Origin: Akkermansiaceae bacterium
Lineage (GTDB): Bacteria > Verrucomicrobiota > Verrucomicrobiia > Verrucomicrobiales > DEV007
NCBI GenBank assembly: GCA_018675395.1
Contig: JABGYE010000254.1
Location: forward strand, 1-62,383
Length of the DNA: 62,383 nucleotides
Direction of reading: 5' to 3'
The notes under the pieces were generated by a model. That model saw only the letters and a list, made by a program, of their open reading frames with translations. It did no database searches and was not told the origin of the DNA. Made by a program: the position numbers and the translations under genes. This document shows positions 46,794 to 56,630 of this stretch, piece by piece; positions within the stretch are counted from its first letter, which is position 1; every line of letters starts with the position of its first letter.

Positions 46794-47060
46794 ATGTCTA
46801 TTTTTTCATCAATCCAAGATTATCAGGACGGGCTAGTGAGTAGGTTTTGTAATCCAAAAAGGTTACTCATTGCTGAGACGGACTGGTACAGGGAGGATTC
46901 AGATATAGAGGCTATCAAGGAGGACTGTCGTGAAAGGATCCTATTTTTTGAAAAGAGAGGGTTCTACCTTTTTCAGGAACCTCAGATCGATCATGAACCT
47001 CACCTTGAAAGGATGCGGGTAAGGTTAACTTTCAAGCCTTCCGAATCCAATACTAATTGA
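46794..47060 (+). CDS. Hypothetical small cytoplasmic protein
   Basis: 88-aa ORF, 19 nt after the preceding gene on the same strand. No signal peptide, TM segment or recognisable motif. Confidence 0.4.
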   Translation: MSIFSSIQDYQDGLVSRFCNPKRLLIAETDWYREDSDIEAIKEDCRERILFFEKRGFYLFQEPQIDHEPHLERMRVRLTFKPSESNTN

Positions 47061-47071
47061 GGTGCCTTCAA

Positions 47072-48541
47072 CTACTTTCCGTTTGGAATCTGCTTGGTTA
47101 GCTCCTCTAGAATTGCCGAGCCCTTAGATGCAACATTATCAACAGTGTCTAGCTGTTCACTCAGGTCATAGAGTTCTTTATTTACAATTTTTCCATCCTT
47201 CATCTTGGCAACGAGTCGATGCGTTTTGGAACGAACACTAATTGCATCTCTCCAGTAACTGGTCGCATATTTCCGGACCGTTTCTTTTTCCTTTCTAAGT
47301 ACTGGAGTCAGAGAGACCCCGTCCAGAGGATGATGCGTCTTGTTAAATTTAGGTTCACATAAATCAAGTAATGTGGGATAAATGTCTAGTGTTTCCGCAA
47401 GAGCATCTGTTGAGAATCCTCCCTCAATGCCGGGAGCTCGCATCATAAGAACACTTCGGTTGGCAATCTCGAATGGGGTATGTTTTCCCCACTGCTGTGC
47501 ATCACCGAGGTGCCAGCCATGATCGCCCCAGACCACAACAATCGTATTCTTTGAAAGGCCAGTTTTTTCAAGATGGATTAGAATCTTGCCGATTTGTCGA
47601 TCCACGTACCTCACGCAGGCGAGGTAAGCGCGTCTTGCCATATTAGCTGATTCACGATTGAGGGGTCGCGTCTTTTCATATGAGGTCGAGTACTTAAAGA
47701 ATTCGCCACTACTATGTTTGTAGGGTGAATCAAATGACTGTTTGTCAGAAGGGTTAGGGATCGTGATATTTTCGAATGCATCCCAGTCTTGTTTAGGAGC
47801 AACAAATGGAAGGTGAGGTTTAAAAAAACCTAGTCCCATGAAGAAAGGTTTCTTACCATCTTTGAGTTGTGTTAGTTGCGAGATTGCGCTTTCAGTAAGG
47901 AGCCCATCGGGAAGATCTGTATCCTTTTCTACTATAAATTCCATTAGGTCCTTGTGTCCGTTACCATCTTCTCGATGCTTTCCATTAGCGTAGGCAAAGA
48001 AAATGCCCCAGCCTCTTTTCCATTGTCCCATCGGAGTAGCTAGTCGGTCCCAGGCTCTAGGCATTTCATGCCTTCCGTCTCCTTTACCATTGTAAGAGAA
48101 GACTCTGCCATCAACCGTGTGGGATATCTTCCCAATTAGTACGGTTTCGTATCCTGATCTTCTGAAAATTTCTGGCATGGTTTGAGCGCCGGGTAATTGT
48201 TTATCTTGAATTGCTGTTTTGCCACCGTGAAAGGCATAGTTTTGCATCGCTCCTGAATTACTGGGAGATCTTCCCGTCAAGAGAGCGTAACGGGAAGCGC
48301 CACAAGTTGGAACTTGAACATAGTGATTGCGGAATGTGACTGCGGTTTTTGCAAATTCATCCAAGTTTGGGCTTAGTGCATAATTAACCCCATAACAACC
48401 CAATTCGGGGCGAAGGTCATCGACGGCAATGAAGAGAATATTTGGCTTCTCAGATGCGACAGAGAAGGCTACAGAAAAAGTAAGGATAATAGATGTAATT
48501 ATAGATCTGATGATTTCTAATCTTATTTCATTTGAATGCAT
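47072..48541 (-). CDS. Cys-type sulfatase (iduronate-2-sulfatase-like)
   Basis: 489 aa. KPNILFIAVDDLRPELGCYG, formylglycine motif TCGASRYALLTG (C-x-A-x-R variant), and VVWGDHGWHLGD. Confidence 0.9.
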   Translation of the reverse strand: MHSNEIRLEIIRSIITSIILTFSVAFSVASEKPNILFIAVDDLRPELGCYGVNYALSPNLDEFAKTAVTFRNHYVQVPTCGASRYALLTGRSPSNSGAMQNYAFHGGKTAIQDKQLPGAQTMPEIFRRSGYETVLIGKISHTVDGRVFSYNGKGDGRHEMPRAWDRLATPMGQWKRGWGIFFAYANGKHREDGNGHKDLMEFIVEKDTDLPDGLLTESAISQLTQLKDGKKPFFMGLGFFKPHLPFVAPKQDWDAFENITIPNPSDKQSFDSPYKHSSGEFFKYSTSYEKTRPLNRESANMARRAYLACVRYVDRQIGKILIHLEKTGLSKNTIVVVWGDHGWHLGDAQQWGKHTPFEIANRSVLMMRAPGIEGGFSTDALAETLDIYPTLLDLCEPKFNKTHHPLDGVSLTPVLRKEKETVRKYATSYWRDAISVRSKTHRLVAKMKDGKIVNKELYDLSEQLDTVDNVASKGSAILEELTKQIPNGK

Positions 48542-48645
48542 TCTATTATTTTTCTTTTCAATTGCCTGAGAATATCGTCCTTATATGGATAGTTCAATAA
48601 AAGCTCTAAGAATCTATTTTTGTTCTCGAATTTCTACTATTGTTT

Positions 48646-49422
48646 ATGAATCATAAGCTTAACAGTAAATCAATTATGAATATCCTGATTAAACCTTGCA
48701 TTATATTAATACTTTTCATTTTTTGTTCAGTTCAACTAATGGCTGAAGAGGGGAAGTTTCAATCCAAGAGTGCCCTCAAGAAGGCTTTCATCGATGGCTC
48801 AGGCCATGGTTGGCGAGCTCTTACTGGTGAAGATTTTGTGAATGTGAATTGTAATGAAGAAACATGGCGTTGGGAAAAGGGGCATGCATTCTGTACTGGC
48901 AAGCCAGTCGGAGTAATCAGGATGAAAGAACAAATTAAAAATTTTGAACTCGTTTGTGAGTGGATGCATAAACAAGATGGAGGAAATTCCGGAGTATTTG
49001 TCTGGGCTAGTCCCGCATCGATTAAGAATTTGGAGGCTGGAAAAGGAAGACTACCTCATGGTATTGAAGTTCAGGTCCTAGATCTCGGATACGCTGAAAA
49101 ATATACCAAGAGGCACAAAAAACCTGCCGATTGGTTCACTTCTCATGGAGATGTTTTTCCTACAGGGCCTGCTAAAATGAAGCCATTCCCTCCGATTGCG
49201 CCGAACGGAAAGAGGAGTTTTCCTTCAAAGAATCTGACCAAAGGAATTAACGAATGGAACCATTATTATGTGAGGGCCATTAATGGTGAGGTCAGATTAT
49301 GGGTCAATGGTGAGGAGGTCTCTGGTGGTACTAAGTGTGAGCCTTCCGTGGGTTATTTATGCTTGGAGAGTGAAGGTGCTCCTGTTGAATTTAAGAATAT
49401 TAGGATCAGGCCACTTCCCTAA
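48646..49422 (+). CDS. DUF1080 (3-keto-disaccharide hydrolase-like) domain protein, exported
   Basis: Signal peptide, then W...L.G.DF and a C-terminal NHYYVRAINGEVRLWVNGEEV...GYLCLESEGAPVEFKNIRIRPL, typical of DUF1080. The track start is TTG 48640; I prefer the in-frame ATG 48646. Confidence 0.8.
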   Translation: MNHKLNSKSIMNILIKPCIILILFIFCSVQLMAEEGKFQSKSALKKAFIDGSGHGWRALTGEDFVNVNCNEETWRWEKGHAFCTGKPVGVIRMKEQIKNFELVCEWMHKQDGGNSGVFVWASPASIKNLEAGKGRLPHGIEVQVLDLGYAEKYTKRHKKPADWFTSHGDVFPTGPAKMKPFPPIAPNGKRSFPSKNLTKGINEWNHYYVRAINGEVRLWVNGEEVSGGTKCEPSVGYLCLESEGAPVEFKNIRIRPLP

Positions 49423-49480
49423 TCTGTACCGTTATACGAGATTAAATGAATTTTAAGGAGCGAAGTATCGGGTCTTAAAA

Positions 49481-51397
49481 TTATGCATATTCTTTCGGAG
49501 AGGCTTCTTTTGGTGTCTCTTGATTTTGCTGAGACAAAGAGTTTAGCTTTTCATTGATAAGGGATACGGCATTCTCGTGACTGAGTCCGTGCTTTTCTCT
49601 TAGAGCGGGAATGTTACCGTGCTCAACGAACTCGTCCGGCCATCCTATCCTTACTACTGGGATATGAATTTCAGCTTCATGAAGAAGTTCAATGATAGCT
49701 GCGCCGAATCCGTTGTTTAGAACATGATCTTCAAAGGTGCATATTACTTTCACTTTGTTAGCCATTTCTTTGATGGCTGTGCTATCCATTGGTTTTATGA
49801 ACCGTGGATTCATTAGAGCTACAGAATGACCCTGTTCTTCAAGTGAGTTACAGGTTTTCTCTGCCATACTAAATAAATGACCCAGCCCAATGAGTCCAAT
49901 ATCGTTGCCTTCCTGAATCACCTCAGCTTTACCTATTTCAAGTTCTTGTGGTTCATCTTTTGGTTTTGCCCCGGTCCCTGCTCCTCTGGGGTATCGAACC
50001 GCAATGGGGCCGGAATCATAATTTGTCATTGTCCATAGCATATCTACGAACTCTTCTTCGTCTTTAGGTTGCATAAACACAAAGTTTGGAACATGACGGA
50101 GGTAACCAATATCAAAAAGTCCGTGATGGGTCGGCCCATCATCTCCTGAAAGCCCTGCTCGATCCATGCATAATCTCACAGGTAAATTTTGAATGCCGAT
50201 GTCGTGAACCAGCATATCAAATGCCCGCTGCATGAAAGTTGAATAAATAGTGAGGAAAGGCTTAAGGCCTTGAGTGGCTAACCCGCTTGCGAAGAGAGCC
50301 GCATGTTCCTCGGCAATGCCAACGTCAAAGTATCGATCCTTTACTTCTTCACTGTCTCTGAATGCGGTGAGTCCAGTCCCTCCGGGCATTGCTGCGGTTA
50401 TGGCAGTTATTTGTTTATCCCCTTTTGCAAACTTAGTGAGATATTCACCATATATTTGTGAATAGGTTGGTACCGAGCTTGGGTCCGTTTCTCCCGTCTC
50501 AATTTTATATTTTCCAAGTCCGTGAAATTTATCTGGCTTGTCGAGAGCTGGTTGGTACCCATGACCTTTCTCGGTGATAATGTGCAAAATGACCGGTTCT
50601 TTCTGTTCTTTGAGAAATTCGAAGGTCTTAATGAGAAGTGGAAGATCGTGCCCATCAATCGGACCGTAGTAACGTAACCCGAATTCTTCAAATAACACGC
50701 TAGGAACGAGTACGTTCTTGGCACCTTTTTCTACTTTTGAAGCTAGGCGGCTCACGCCTTTCCCCATCTTTTCTACGAGGTTAGCAGCTCTGTCATGTAG
50801 TCCCGCGTAAGCTTTACTTGTTGTGATTTTATTGAAGTATTTTGCAATGGCTCCAACGTTTTTATCGATCGACCATTCATTATCATTCAGCACGATAATG
50901 AACGGACTATCAAGATTAGCGACGTTATTAAGAGCTTCAAAAGTAGGTCCGCAAGTAAATGCTGCGTCACCAGCAACGGCTACAACATGATCGTCAGTAC
51001 CTTTCAACTGCCTTGCAGTGGCCATTCCAAGTGCCGCTGAAAGTGCTGTTCCGGCATGCCCAGCGCCATAACTATCATGCTCACTTTCACTGCGCAGTAA
51101 GAATCCGTTCAGGCCTTCATATTGACGAATGGTATCAATTTTATTCCATCTACCTGTGAGCATTTTATGAACATAACCCTGGTGTGAAACGTCAAAGACG
51201 AATTTGTCTTTGGGAGTTTCAAAGACACGGTGTAAGGCCATTGTTAATTCAACGACTCCAAGATTAGGACCCAGATGTCCACCAGTTTGTGATAAGCTTT
51301 CAATTAGAACGCGTCGAATTTCAGCAGCTAAATCATTTAGTTGTTCTTCTGGAAGTTCTTTAAGATCTTTGGGGCTTTTTATTTCAGAAAAATTCAC
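49481..51397 (-). CDS. dxs: 1-deoxy-D-xylulose-5-phosphate synthase
   Basis: 638 aa. GGHLGPNLGVVELTMALH, FDVSHQGYVHKMLTGR, GAGHAGTALSAALGMA, GDAAFTCGPTFEALNN and DGPTHHGLFD. Confidence 0.95.
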   Translation of the reverse strand: MNFSEIKSPKDLKELPEEQLNDLAAEIRRVLIESLSQTGGHLGPNLGVVELTMALHRVFETPKDKFVFDVSHQGYVHKMLTGRWNKIDTIRQYEGLNGFLLRSESEHDSYGAGHAGTALSAALGMATARQLKGTDDHVVAVAGDAAFTCGPTFEALNNVANLDSPFIIVLNDNEWSIDKNVGAIAKYFNKITTSKAYAGLHDRAANLVEKMGKGVSRLASKVEKGAKNVLVPSVLFEEFGLRYYGPIDGHDLPLLIKTFEFLKEQKEPVILHIITEKGHGYQPALDKPDKFHGLGKYKIETGETDPSSVPTYSQIYGEYLTKFAKGDKQITAITAAMPGGTGLTAFRDSEEVKDRYFDVGIAEEHAALFASGLATQGLKPFLTIYSTFMQRAFDMLVHDIGIQNLPVRLCMDRAGLSGDDGPTHHGLFDIGYLRHVPNFVFMQPKDEEEFVDMLWTMTNYDSGPIAVRYPRGAGTGAKPKDEPQELEIGKAEVIQEGNDIGLIGLGHLFSMAEKTCNSLEEQGHSVALMNPRFIKPMDSTAIKEMANKVKVICTFEDHVLNNGFGAAIIELLHEAEIHIPVVRIGWPDEFVEHGNIPALREKHGLSHENAVSLINEKLNSLSQQNQETPKEASPKEYA

Positions 51398-51431
51398 TGT
51401 TATTAAGAATATTTAAAGGTATAAAGCAAAA

Positions 51432-51716
51432 TTAATTATCAGTTTTCTCATCGTTGGAAATACCACTTTCGTCCAGACTTTCAAGTATTACCGAACCATT
51501 CGTCAGTTCCTTATTTATTTTATCAATCTTTTGCCGAGCTCCATCAATTCGATCCCGGCATAGTTTAAGCAGTTTTGTGCCTTCTTCGTAATCTTTTAAT
51601 AGCTCTTCAAGAGGAATTTGTTCACTCTCCATTCGCTCAATAATGGATTCAAGTTTCTCAATCGCTTCCTCAAATTGAAGATTTTCGTCAGTTCCTTTTG
51701 TCTTCTTCTGGGGCAT
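51432..51716 (-). CDS. xseB: Exodeoxyribonuclease VII small subunit
   Basis: 94 aa. FEEAIEKLESIIERMESEQIPLEELLKDYEEGTKLLKLCRDRI is the XseB helical-hairpin pattern. It lies immediately upstream of dxs, as in many bacteria. Confidence 0.85.
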   Translation of the reverse strand: MPQKKTKGTDENLQFEEAIEKLESIIERMESEQIPLEELLKDYEEGTKLLKLCRDRIDGARQKIDKINKELTNGSVILESLDESGISNDEKTDN

Positions 51717-51827
51717 TACTAAAAATGATATCTGATCCTCTGATGATTAATGTTTTACTGAACAATGGAAAGTGAAAAGCGATACTGCAAATTTTGAAGG
51801 GAATTTACAAATATGGATTAATACCGA

Positions 51828-53633
51828 TTATTTATTTGGATTTGTATAATAGAAGTAACCCATGGAACTCATTTTTTGGTCGGGTTCTGTAAATGGAAGA
51901 CCTTCAAAAGAGTTTATTAATCCTTTCCCACTCGGCATCCAGGATTTTGGCTGCACCTTACTCCTCGATGCGCCTGCCATAAATATATTTTGGCCTAGAA
52001 TTAGAGATCCCCATTCTTTTTCATTTCCGTAAATCAAATATGCTAAGGGTTTTCTCAATGATTCTCTAGTAATTAGAATACCTGAAATGGGATTATTATT
52101 TTTCTCAGTCCGCTTCATGATTTCACGGAGTTGCGATTTTGTTGTAGGTAACCAGAGAGATGTCCTGTCCCCGTACCAGGCAACGTCCCACGGAGAATCA
52201 GTAACAACAACTTCTTCGGGTTCCGCGCTTTCCCGGATATGCGAAACTAGTAAGCCTTGTGTGGGTTTTTCTTTTTCACCTCCTAAGGCTCTCGGAACGC
52301 CCGGTATTAGATTTAAAATCATTGGTACTGTGCTTAGTGCAATAGCAATCCATAAATGTCCGTTATCAGCAAAGGTTTTCATGCTTGGCGCGATTCCTAT
52401 CCTGCTCCATAAAATTGCCAGCATTGCAATCCCATAACCTGTCATGAGCGGAATAAATAATAAGTGAAGCTGATTTGGGTCAGCGCTCCCCATATCCAAA
52501 CCAAAGAGTGACATTCCTATAACTGCAGGTATCCACATGGCCAGTATGAACCATCTGAATGCTGCAATTTGTGGGCGTTTGAATGGATGAAGGAGAGAAA
52601 TGAAGAACAGTGGAGCGACTGCTATGGAACCAAGAAAAGCATAGATTCCATTTAATTGATTGAGTGAAGTTTTAAGTACCTTTGAAGCAAAACCTTCAGC
52701 AAAAATATTCCCTGCTGCACGGTTATAAGTGCGATAAATCTCCTCTTCGAACGCACCCATTCCTCCAAACATGGCATAATATCCAGAGCCGAAAATCGAT
52801 CCGGAAGTGATTAAATTACGTAAGCACCATGGAAGAATGATGACTAGAAATACAGCCAGCATAGAAAAAGCTGCAGTACCCCTAGGTTTAAAATAGAAAC
52901 ATGAGAATATTACTAGCCCCACGAATGGCCAGACTGCTAACCAATTAGTCAGAGCAAGTAATCCGAAGCATAATGCTGAGAATAAAAGAAACCAAATAGG
53001 TTTGCGTTCCATGCACTGGGCTTCAACTGCTCTAAATACCAAGTAACTTCCCAACGTAAATAGAAAAAGCATTAACATCTGAGGTAGACCAGTCTGTGAA
53101 AATCGCCACAACAACTCGCAGAGTAACATTAGGACCGCTGTGACTCCTCCTATCTTGGCGTCAAAGACTCTAGAGATGAACAGGAAAGTTATTCCTATTG
53201 AAGCTAATAGAAAAATAATTGAAGTGGCCGTAATGACTCTATCTAAATAATAGACTGTGTCTTTACGATCCCATTTGAAATCATTCTTACCTTTAAAAAA
53301 ACGCATAACGAGTGAATTTATCATCGGGTTCAGCGGAGCGTGGTAAGTGTCATGAAAACCCACCAAATGAACCCCGTCTAAATCCTCGTTATTTTGATCA
53401 GCTTGATGCAGAGAGAGGGGTCGAATCATTTTGGTTTGGAAGCTTCCATTCCTAGCTAATTCACGTGCTATTTGAGCCTGCTCCTTTCCCTTGTAATGGG
53501 TCAGCCCTTTGAAACCTGGGGCCAGATAAAAAAGCATTAATCCAAAGAGAAGAAGAAGAAAGAGTGCACGACGAAGGATGAGCGTTGAGCTCAATTCGTC
53601 ATCTGACATGGAAAAAAAACTCCTAAGGGACAT
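51828..53633 (-). CDS. Polytopic membrane protein, GT-C-fold glycosyltransferase-like (family 39/83, ArnT/PMT-like), tentative
   Basis: 601 aa with >10 hydrophobic segments. The first loop KEQAQIARELARNGSFQT resembles the (D/E)xRYAEIAREM loop of ArnT/PMT-type enzymes. The C-terminal ~150 aa is soluble. Confidence 0.45.
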   Translation of the reverse strand: MSLRSFFSMSDDELSSTLILRRALFLLLLFGLMLFYLAPGFKGLTHYKGKEQAQIARELARNGSFQTKMIRPLSLHQADQNNEDLDGVHLVGFHDTYHAPLNPMINSLVMRFFKGKNDFKWDRKDTVYYLDRVITATSIIFLLASIGITFLFISRVFDAKIGGVTAVLMLLCELLWRFSQTGLPQMLMLFLFTLGSYLVFRAVEAQCMERKPIWFLLFSALCFGLLALTNWLAVWPFVGLVIFSCFYFKPRGTAAFSMLAVFLVIILPWCLRNLITSGSIFGSGYYAMFGGMGAFEEEIYRTYNRAAGNIFAEGFASKVLKTSLNQLNGIYAFLGSIAVAPLFFISLLHPFKRPQIAAFRWFILAMWIPAVIGMSLFGLDMGSADPNQLHLLFIPLMTGYGIAMLAILWSRIGIAPSMKTFADNGHLWIAIALSTVPMILNLIPGVPRALGGEKEKPTQGLLVSHIRESAEPEEVVVTDSPWDVAWYGDRTSLWLPTTKSQLREIMKRTEKNNNPISGILITRESLRKPLAYLIYGNEKEWGSLILGQNIFMAGASRSKVQPKSWMPSGKGLINSFEGLPFTEPDQKMSSMGYFYYTNPNK

Positions 53634-53689
53634 GTGTGATAGAAGTTATGGGGTTTCTATTCTGCATACAAATCAATTTTGTATTAAGA

Positions 53690-55057
53690 TTATTCTTCAT
53701 TAATAGGGTCTTCTTTGATTTTTCTTTGTAAGGTTCTACGACTAATGCCTAGAAGTTTAGCTGCTTCTGTCCGGTTTCCATTAGTATGGTTGAGTGCAGC
53801 CATTATCAATTTTGTTTCTGATTTCTCTAGATTAAAAGGTTGATCCGTATCTTCGCTCGTTGTGCTAATAGTATTAATATTAACTATTGATTCTCCACGG
53901 ATTGAGGCGGGAAGATGTCTGAGTGTAATTTTCGCGCTATTACTCATAACGACTCCATGCTCAATAGCCGTTCTGAGTTCACGGACATTACCTGGCCAGA
54001 CATGATTATTAAGGGCTTTCATAGCTTCACTAGATAGTTCTTTGACCGGCTTGCTATTTTCTTTAGCAAATTCCTTTAGGAATGCATTTGCTAGTAATGG
54101 AATGTCTTCAATGCGATCTTTCAGTGGAGGCAAAGTGATGCGGACAACATTTAATCGATAAAACAAATCTTCCCTAAATTCTCCTGCAGCCACCAGTTCA
54201 GGAATGTTTCGATTCGTAGCTACGATGAGACGGACGTCTATGTTTATTGTTTTGTTTCCTCCTACCCTTTCAATGGTTCTCTCTCCTAGTGCTCGGAGCA
54301 GTTTGACTTGCGTAGATGGATCTATTTCACCTATCTCATCAAGGAAGAGGGTTCCTCCATCAGCTTGTTCAAATCTTCCGATTCTTTTTTCGGTTGCCCC
54401 AGTAAATGCTCCACGTTCATGACCAAATAATTCACTTTCTAGTAATTGTGGGGAAAGTGCTGCGCAGTGGATAGTGATAAGTTTAGATTTTGGTCTGCCG
54501 CTCAAGTTATGAATTGCCTTTGCAACGAGTTCTTTACCGGTTCCATTTTTACCATCAATTAAAACGGTAGCTTTTGATGGTGCTACCTGCTCAATGGTCT
54601 CAAAAACCGGCTGCATAGCGGCAGAATGTCCGAGGATGTTCGAGATAGTGAATTTTTTTTCTACTTGTTTTTTTAATTGAGTATTTTCCTCTTTCAGCGA
54701 ACGGGTGTTTAGGGCCCTTTTTATTAATATTTCAAGCTGATCAATATTGAGAGGCTTAGTGACAAAGTGATATGCTCCACGTTTCATTGCCTCAACTGCT
54801 GTGTCCACGGAGCCGTATGCTGTCATCATTATGCATATGGGACTGTTGGGCATGGTCAGAGCAGATTCTATCAGATCCATACCATCATCGGCTCCTAGTT
54901 TTAAGTCAGTGACAAGAACATCTACAGTTTCGTTTTGAAGCACGTCATTTGCTCCTTTGATATTGGCGGACACATAAACATCAAAGTCCTCTTCCAAGGA
55001 GAGCCGTAATCCTTCCCTCGTATTTTTTTCGTCATCAACAATAAGAATTGTGTGCAT
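53690..55057 (-). CDS. Sigma-54-dependent response regulator (NtrC family: REC + AAA+ + Fis-type HTH)
   Basis: 455 aa. ILIVDDEKNTREGL...DVLVTDLKLGADDG, Walker A GKNGTGKE, sigma-54 contact loop ERGAFTGA, and C-terminal NRTEAAKLLGISRRTLQRKI. Confidence 0.9.
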   Translation of the reverse strand: MHTILIVDDEKNTREGLRLSLEEDFDVYVSANIKGANDVLQNETVDVLVTDLKLGADDGMDLIESALTMPNSPICIMMTAYGSVDTAVEAMKRGAYHFVTKPLNIDQLEILIKRALNTRSLKEENTQLKKQVEKKFTISNILGHSAAMQPVFETIEQVAPSKATVLIDGKNGTGKELVAKAIHNLSGRPKSKLITIHCAALSPQLLESELFGHERGAFTGATEKRIGRFEQADGGTLFLDEIGEIDPSTQVKLLRALGERTIERVGGNKTINIDVRLIVATNRNIPELVAAGEFREDLFYRLNVVRITLPPLKDRIEDIPLLANAFLKEFAKENSKPVKELSSEAMKALNNHVWPGNVRELRTAIEHGVVMSNSAKITLRHLPASIRGESIVNINTISTTSEDTDQPFNLEKSETKLIMAALNHTNGNRTEAAKLLGISRRTLQRKIKEDPINEE

Positions 55058-55094
55058 TTTAAATTAAGAATTAAGAATTGAATTCATCTTTTCA

Positions 55095-56264
55095 TTATTT
55101 GTTGGTGGTTTTGGGTTCCGGTAGTAGACGAACGTTTCGATAAAAACGTGGTAATGAAATAGTTACGGATGTACCCTTATTTTTTTCGCTAGAAATTTTG
55201 ATGTCTCCACCATGTTCTCTGATGATACGTCGAATGATAAGTAAACCGAGCCCGGTACCTGATTTTTTTGTTGTGAAGTAAGGTTGGAAAACATCTGACA
55301 TTTCAGATGCTGATATTCCTTCGCCTGTGTCTGTGAAAATAACAGATACATACTCATCAGAAAGGTCGCTGCGTACCGTTATTGAACCTCCAGGAGAAGT
55401 TGCTTGGCTTGCATTTTTAACAACATTGTAAAATGCTTGTTTTATTTGATCAGAGTCCAATTGTAGAAGAGGAAGTGCAGAACGAAGCTCTAAGGTAAGA
55501 CTAATTCCTCGGTCCTTTATTTCGGGTTCAAGGAATCGCATGGATTCTTTGACAAGTTCATTTACGTCAGTGGGTTCGAGTTGAGGTTGTGAAGGGCGTA
55601 TTGCTTTAAGAAATTGATCAATGATATGGTCAAGACGTTTGACTTCATCTGCTGAGGTATCGATTAGGTCCCTTAGCTCTGCTTCGTATAGGTCGGGGAC
55701 GGACTTTTTGAGTTTTCTTTCCAGTAACTGCAAATGAATATTCATTGAGTTAAGAGGATTTCCTATTTCATGTGCTACGCCAGCAGCCAGCATGGTCAGA
55801 GCACTGAGTCGTTCTGATTCAATCTTTTCCTCTTCTCCTTTACGTGATTCAGTGATGTCACGGATCAGCATCACATAAGCTAGCTGTTCATCTTTTGGAG
55901 TGGTATTGATTGGCTTAATGTAAAAATTAAGATAACGATTTTCAGGATAAAAAACTTCAAGATCTTTTGAGACAGTACTTCTCTTACCAGAAATGAGATT
56001 TTCCCAATCTAGGCCTTGGATATTTTCTGCGATATGTTCTCCAGTGACCGTTTCTGGGTTGAGTCCAAATAATCTGCTTGCACCATTATTAATATAATGA
56101 ATTAGGCCAGACTTATCGGCGACTATTATGCCTTCCTGAAGCGCATCAAAAACATTTTTAAAAAAATCACTTTCTTCAGCCAAACGGTTCAGAAAATTTT
56201 GGACTTCGTTCGAACCTACGCGGTCAACGCGTTCGATCAGCTTGTCAAAGAAGCGAGATTTCAT
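55095..56264 (-). CDS. Cytoplasmic PAS-domain sensor histidine kinase (NtrB-like)
   Basis: 389 aa with no TM segments. PAS-like ALQEGIIVADKSGLIHYINNGASRLFG, H-box AAGVAHEIGNPLN, and N/G boxes NVVKNASQAT, DTGEGI, GTGLGL. Confidence 0.9.
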   Translation of the reverse strand: MKSRFFDKLIERVDRVGSNEVQNFLNRLAEESDFFKNVFDALQEGIIVADKSGLIHYINNGASRLFGLNPETVTGEHIAENIQGLDWENLISGKRSTVSKDLEVFYPENRYLNFYIKPINTTPKDEQLAYVMLIRDITESRKGEEEKIESERLSALTMLAAGVAHEIGNPLNSMNIHLQLLERKLKKSVPDLYEAELRDLIDTSADEVKRLDHIIDQFLKAIRPSQPQLEPTDVNELVKESMRFLEPEIKDRGISLTLELRSALPLLQLDSDQIKQAFYNVVKNASQATSPGGSITVRSDLSDEYVSVIFTDTGEGISASEMSDVFQPYFTTKKSGTGLGLLIIRRIIREHGGDIKISSEKNKGTSVTISLPRFYRNVRLLPEPKTTNK

Positions 56265-56278
56265 CAGAATAGCAGGCG

Positions 56279-56623
56279 ATGAGTGATCAGTTGGATAATC
56301 AAATTGTTAAATTAGTTATGTGTTCTTTTCCTAATATCGAAAAGGCGCGACAAATTGGCACACATGTCATTGAAAAGCAACTAGCTGCATGCGTCAATTT
56401 GATACCCGAAATTGAGTCGATTTACAGCTGGAAAGGCAAAATTGAGTATGAAAAAGAGGTTTTATGTCTGTTCAAAACTACAAATCAGAATTATTCAAGA
56501 TTGGAAGCCGAAATTTTGGATTTGCACCCTTATGAAACTCCTGAAGTTTTACTTATAGATATTGAAGGTGGATCCAAAGACTATTTGGAATGGGTCTTCT
56601 CGTTTCTTGCTAGCAGCGATTGA
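56279..56623 (+). CDS. cutA: Divalent-cation tolerance protein CutA
   Basis: 114 aa. KARQIGTHVIEKQLAACVNLIPEIESIYSWKGKIEYEKEVLCLFKT...HPYETPEV matches the CutA1 pattern. Confidence 0.85.
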   Translation: MSDQLDNQIVKLVMCSFPNIEKARQIGTHVIEKQLAACVNLIPEIESIYSWKGKIEYEKEVLCLFKTTNQNYSRLEAEILDLHPYETPEVLLIDIEGGSKDYLEWVFSFLASSD

Positions 56624-56630
56624 ATGGAAC

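Noticed and set aside
49481-51716. xseB-dxs adjacency without the ispA gene that sits between them in E. coli
   Set aside because: This is a common variation of a conserved housekeeping arrangement and is not unusual in itself.
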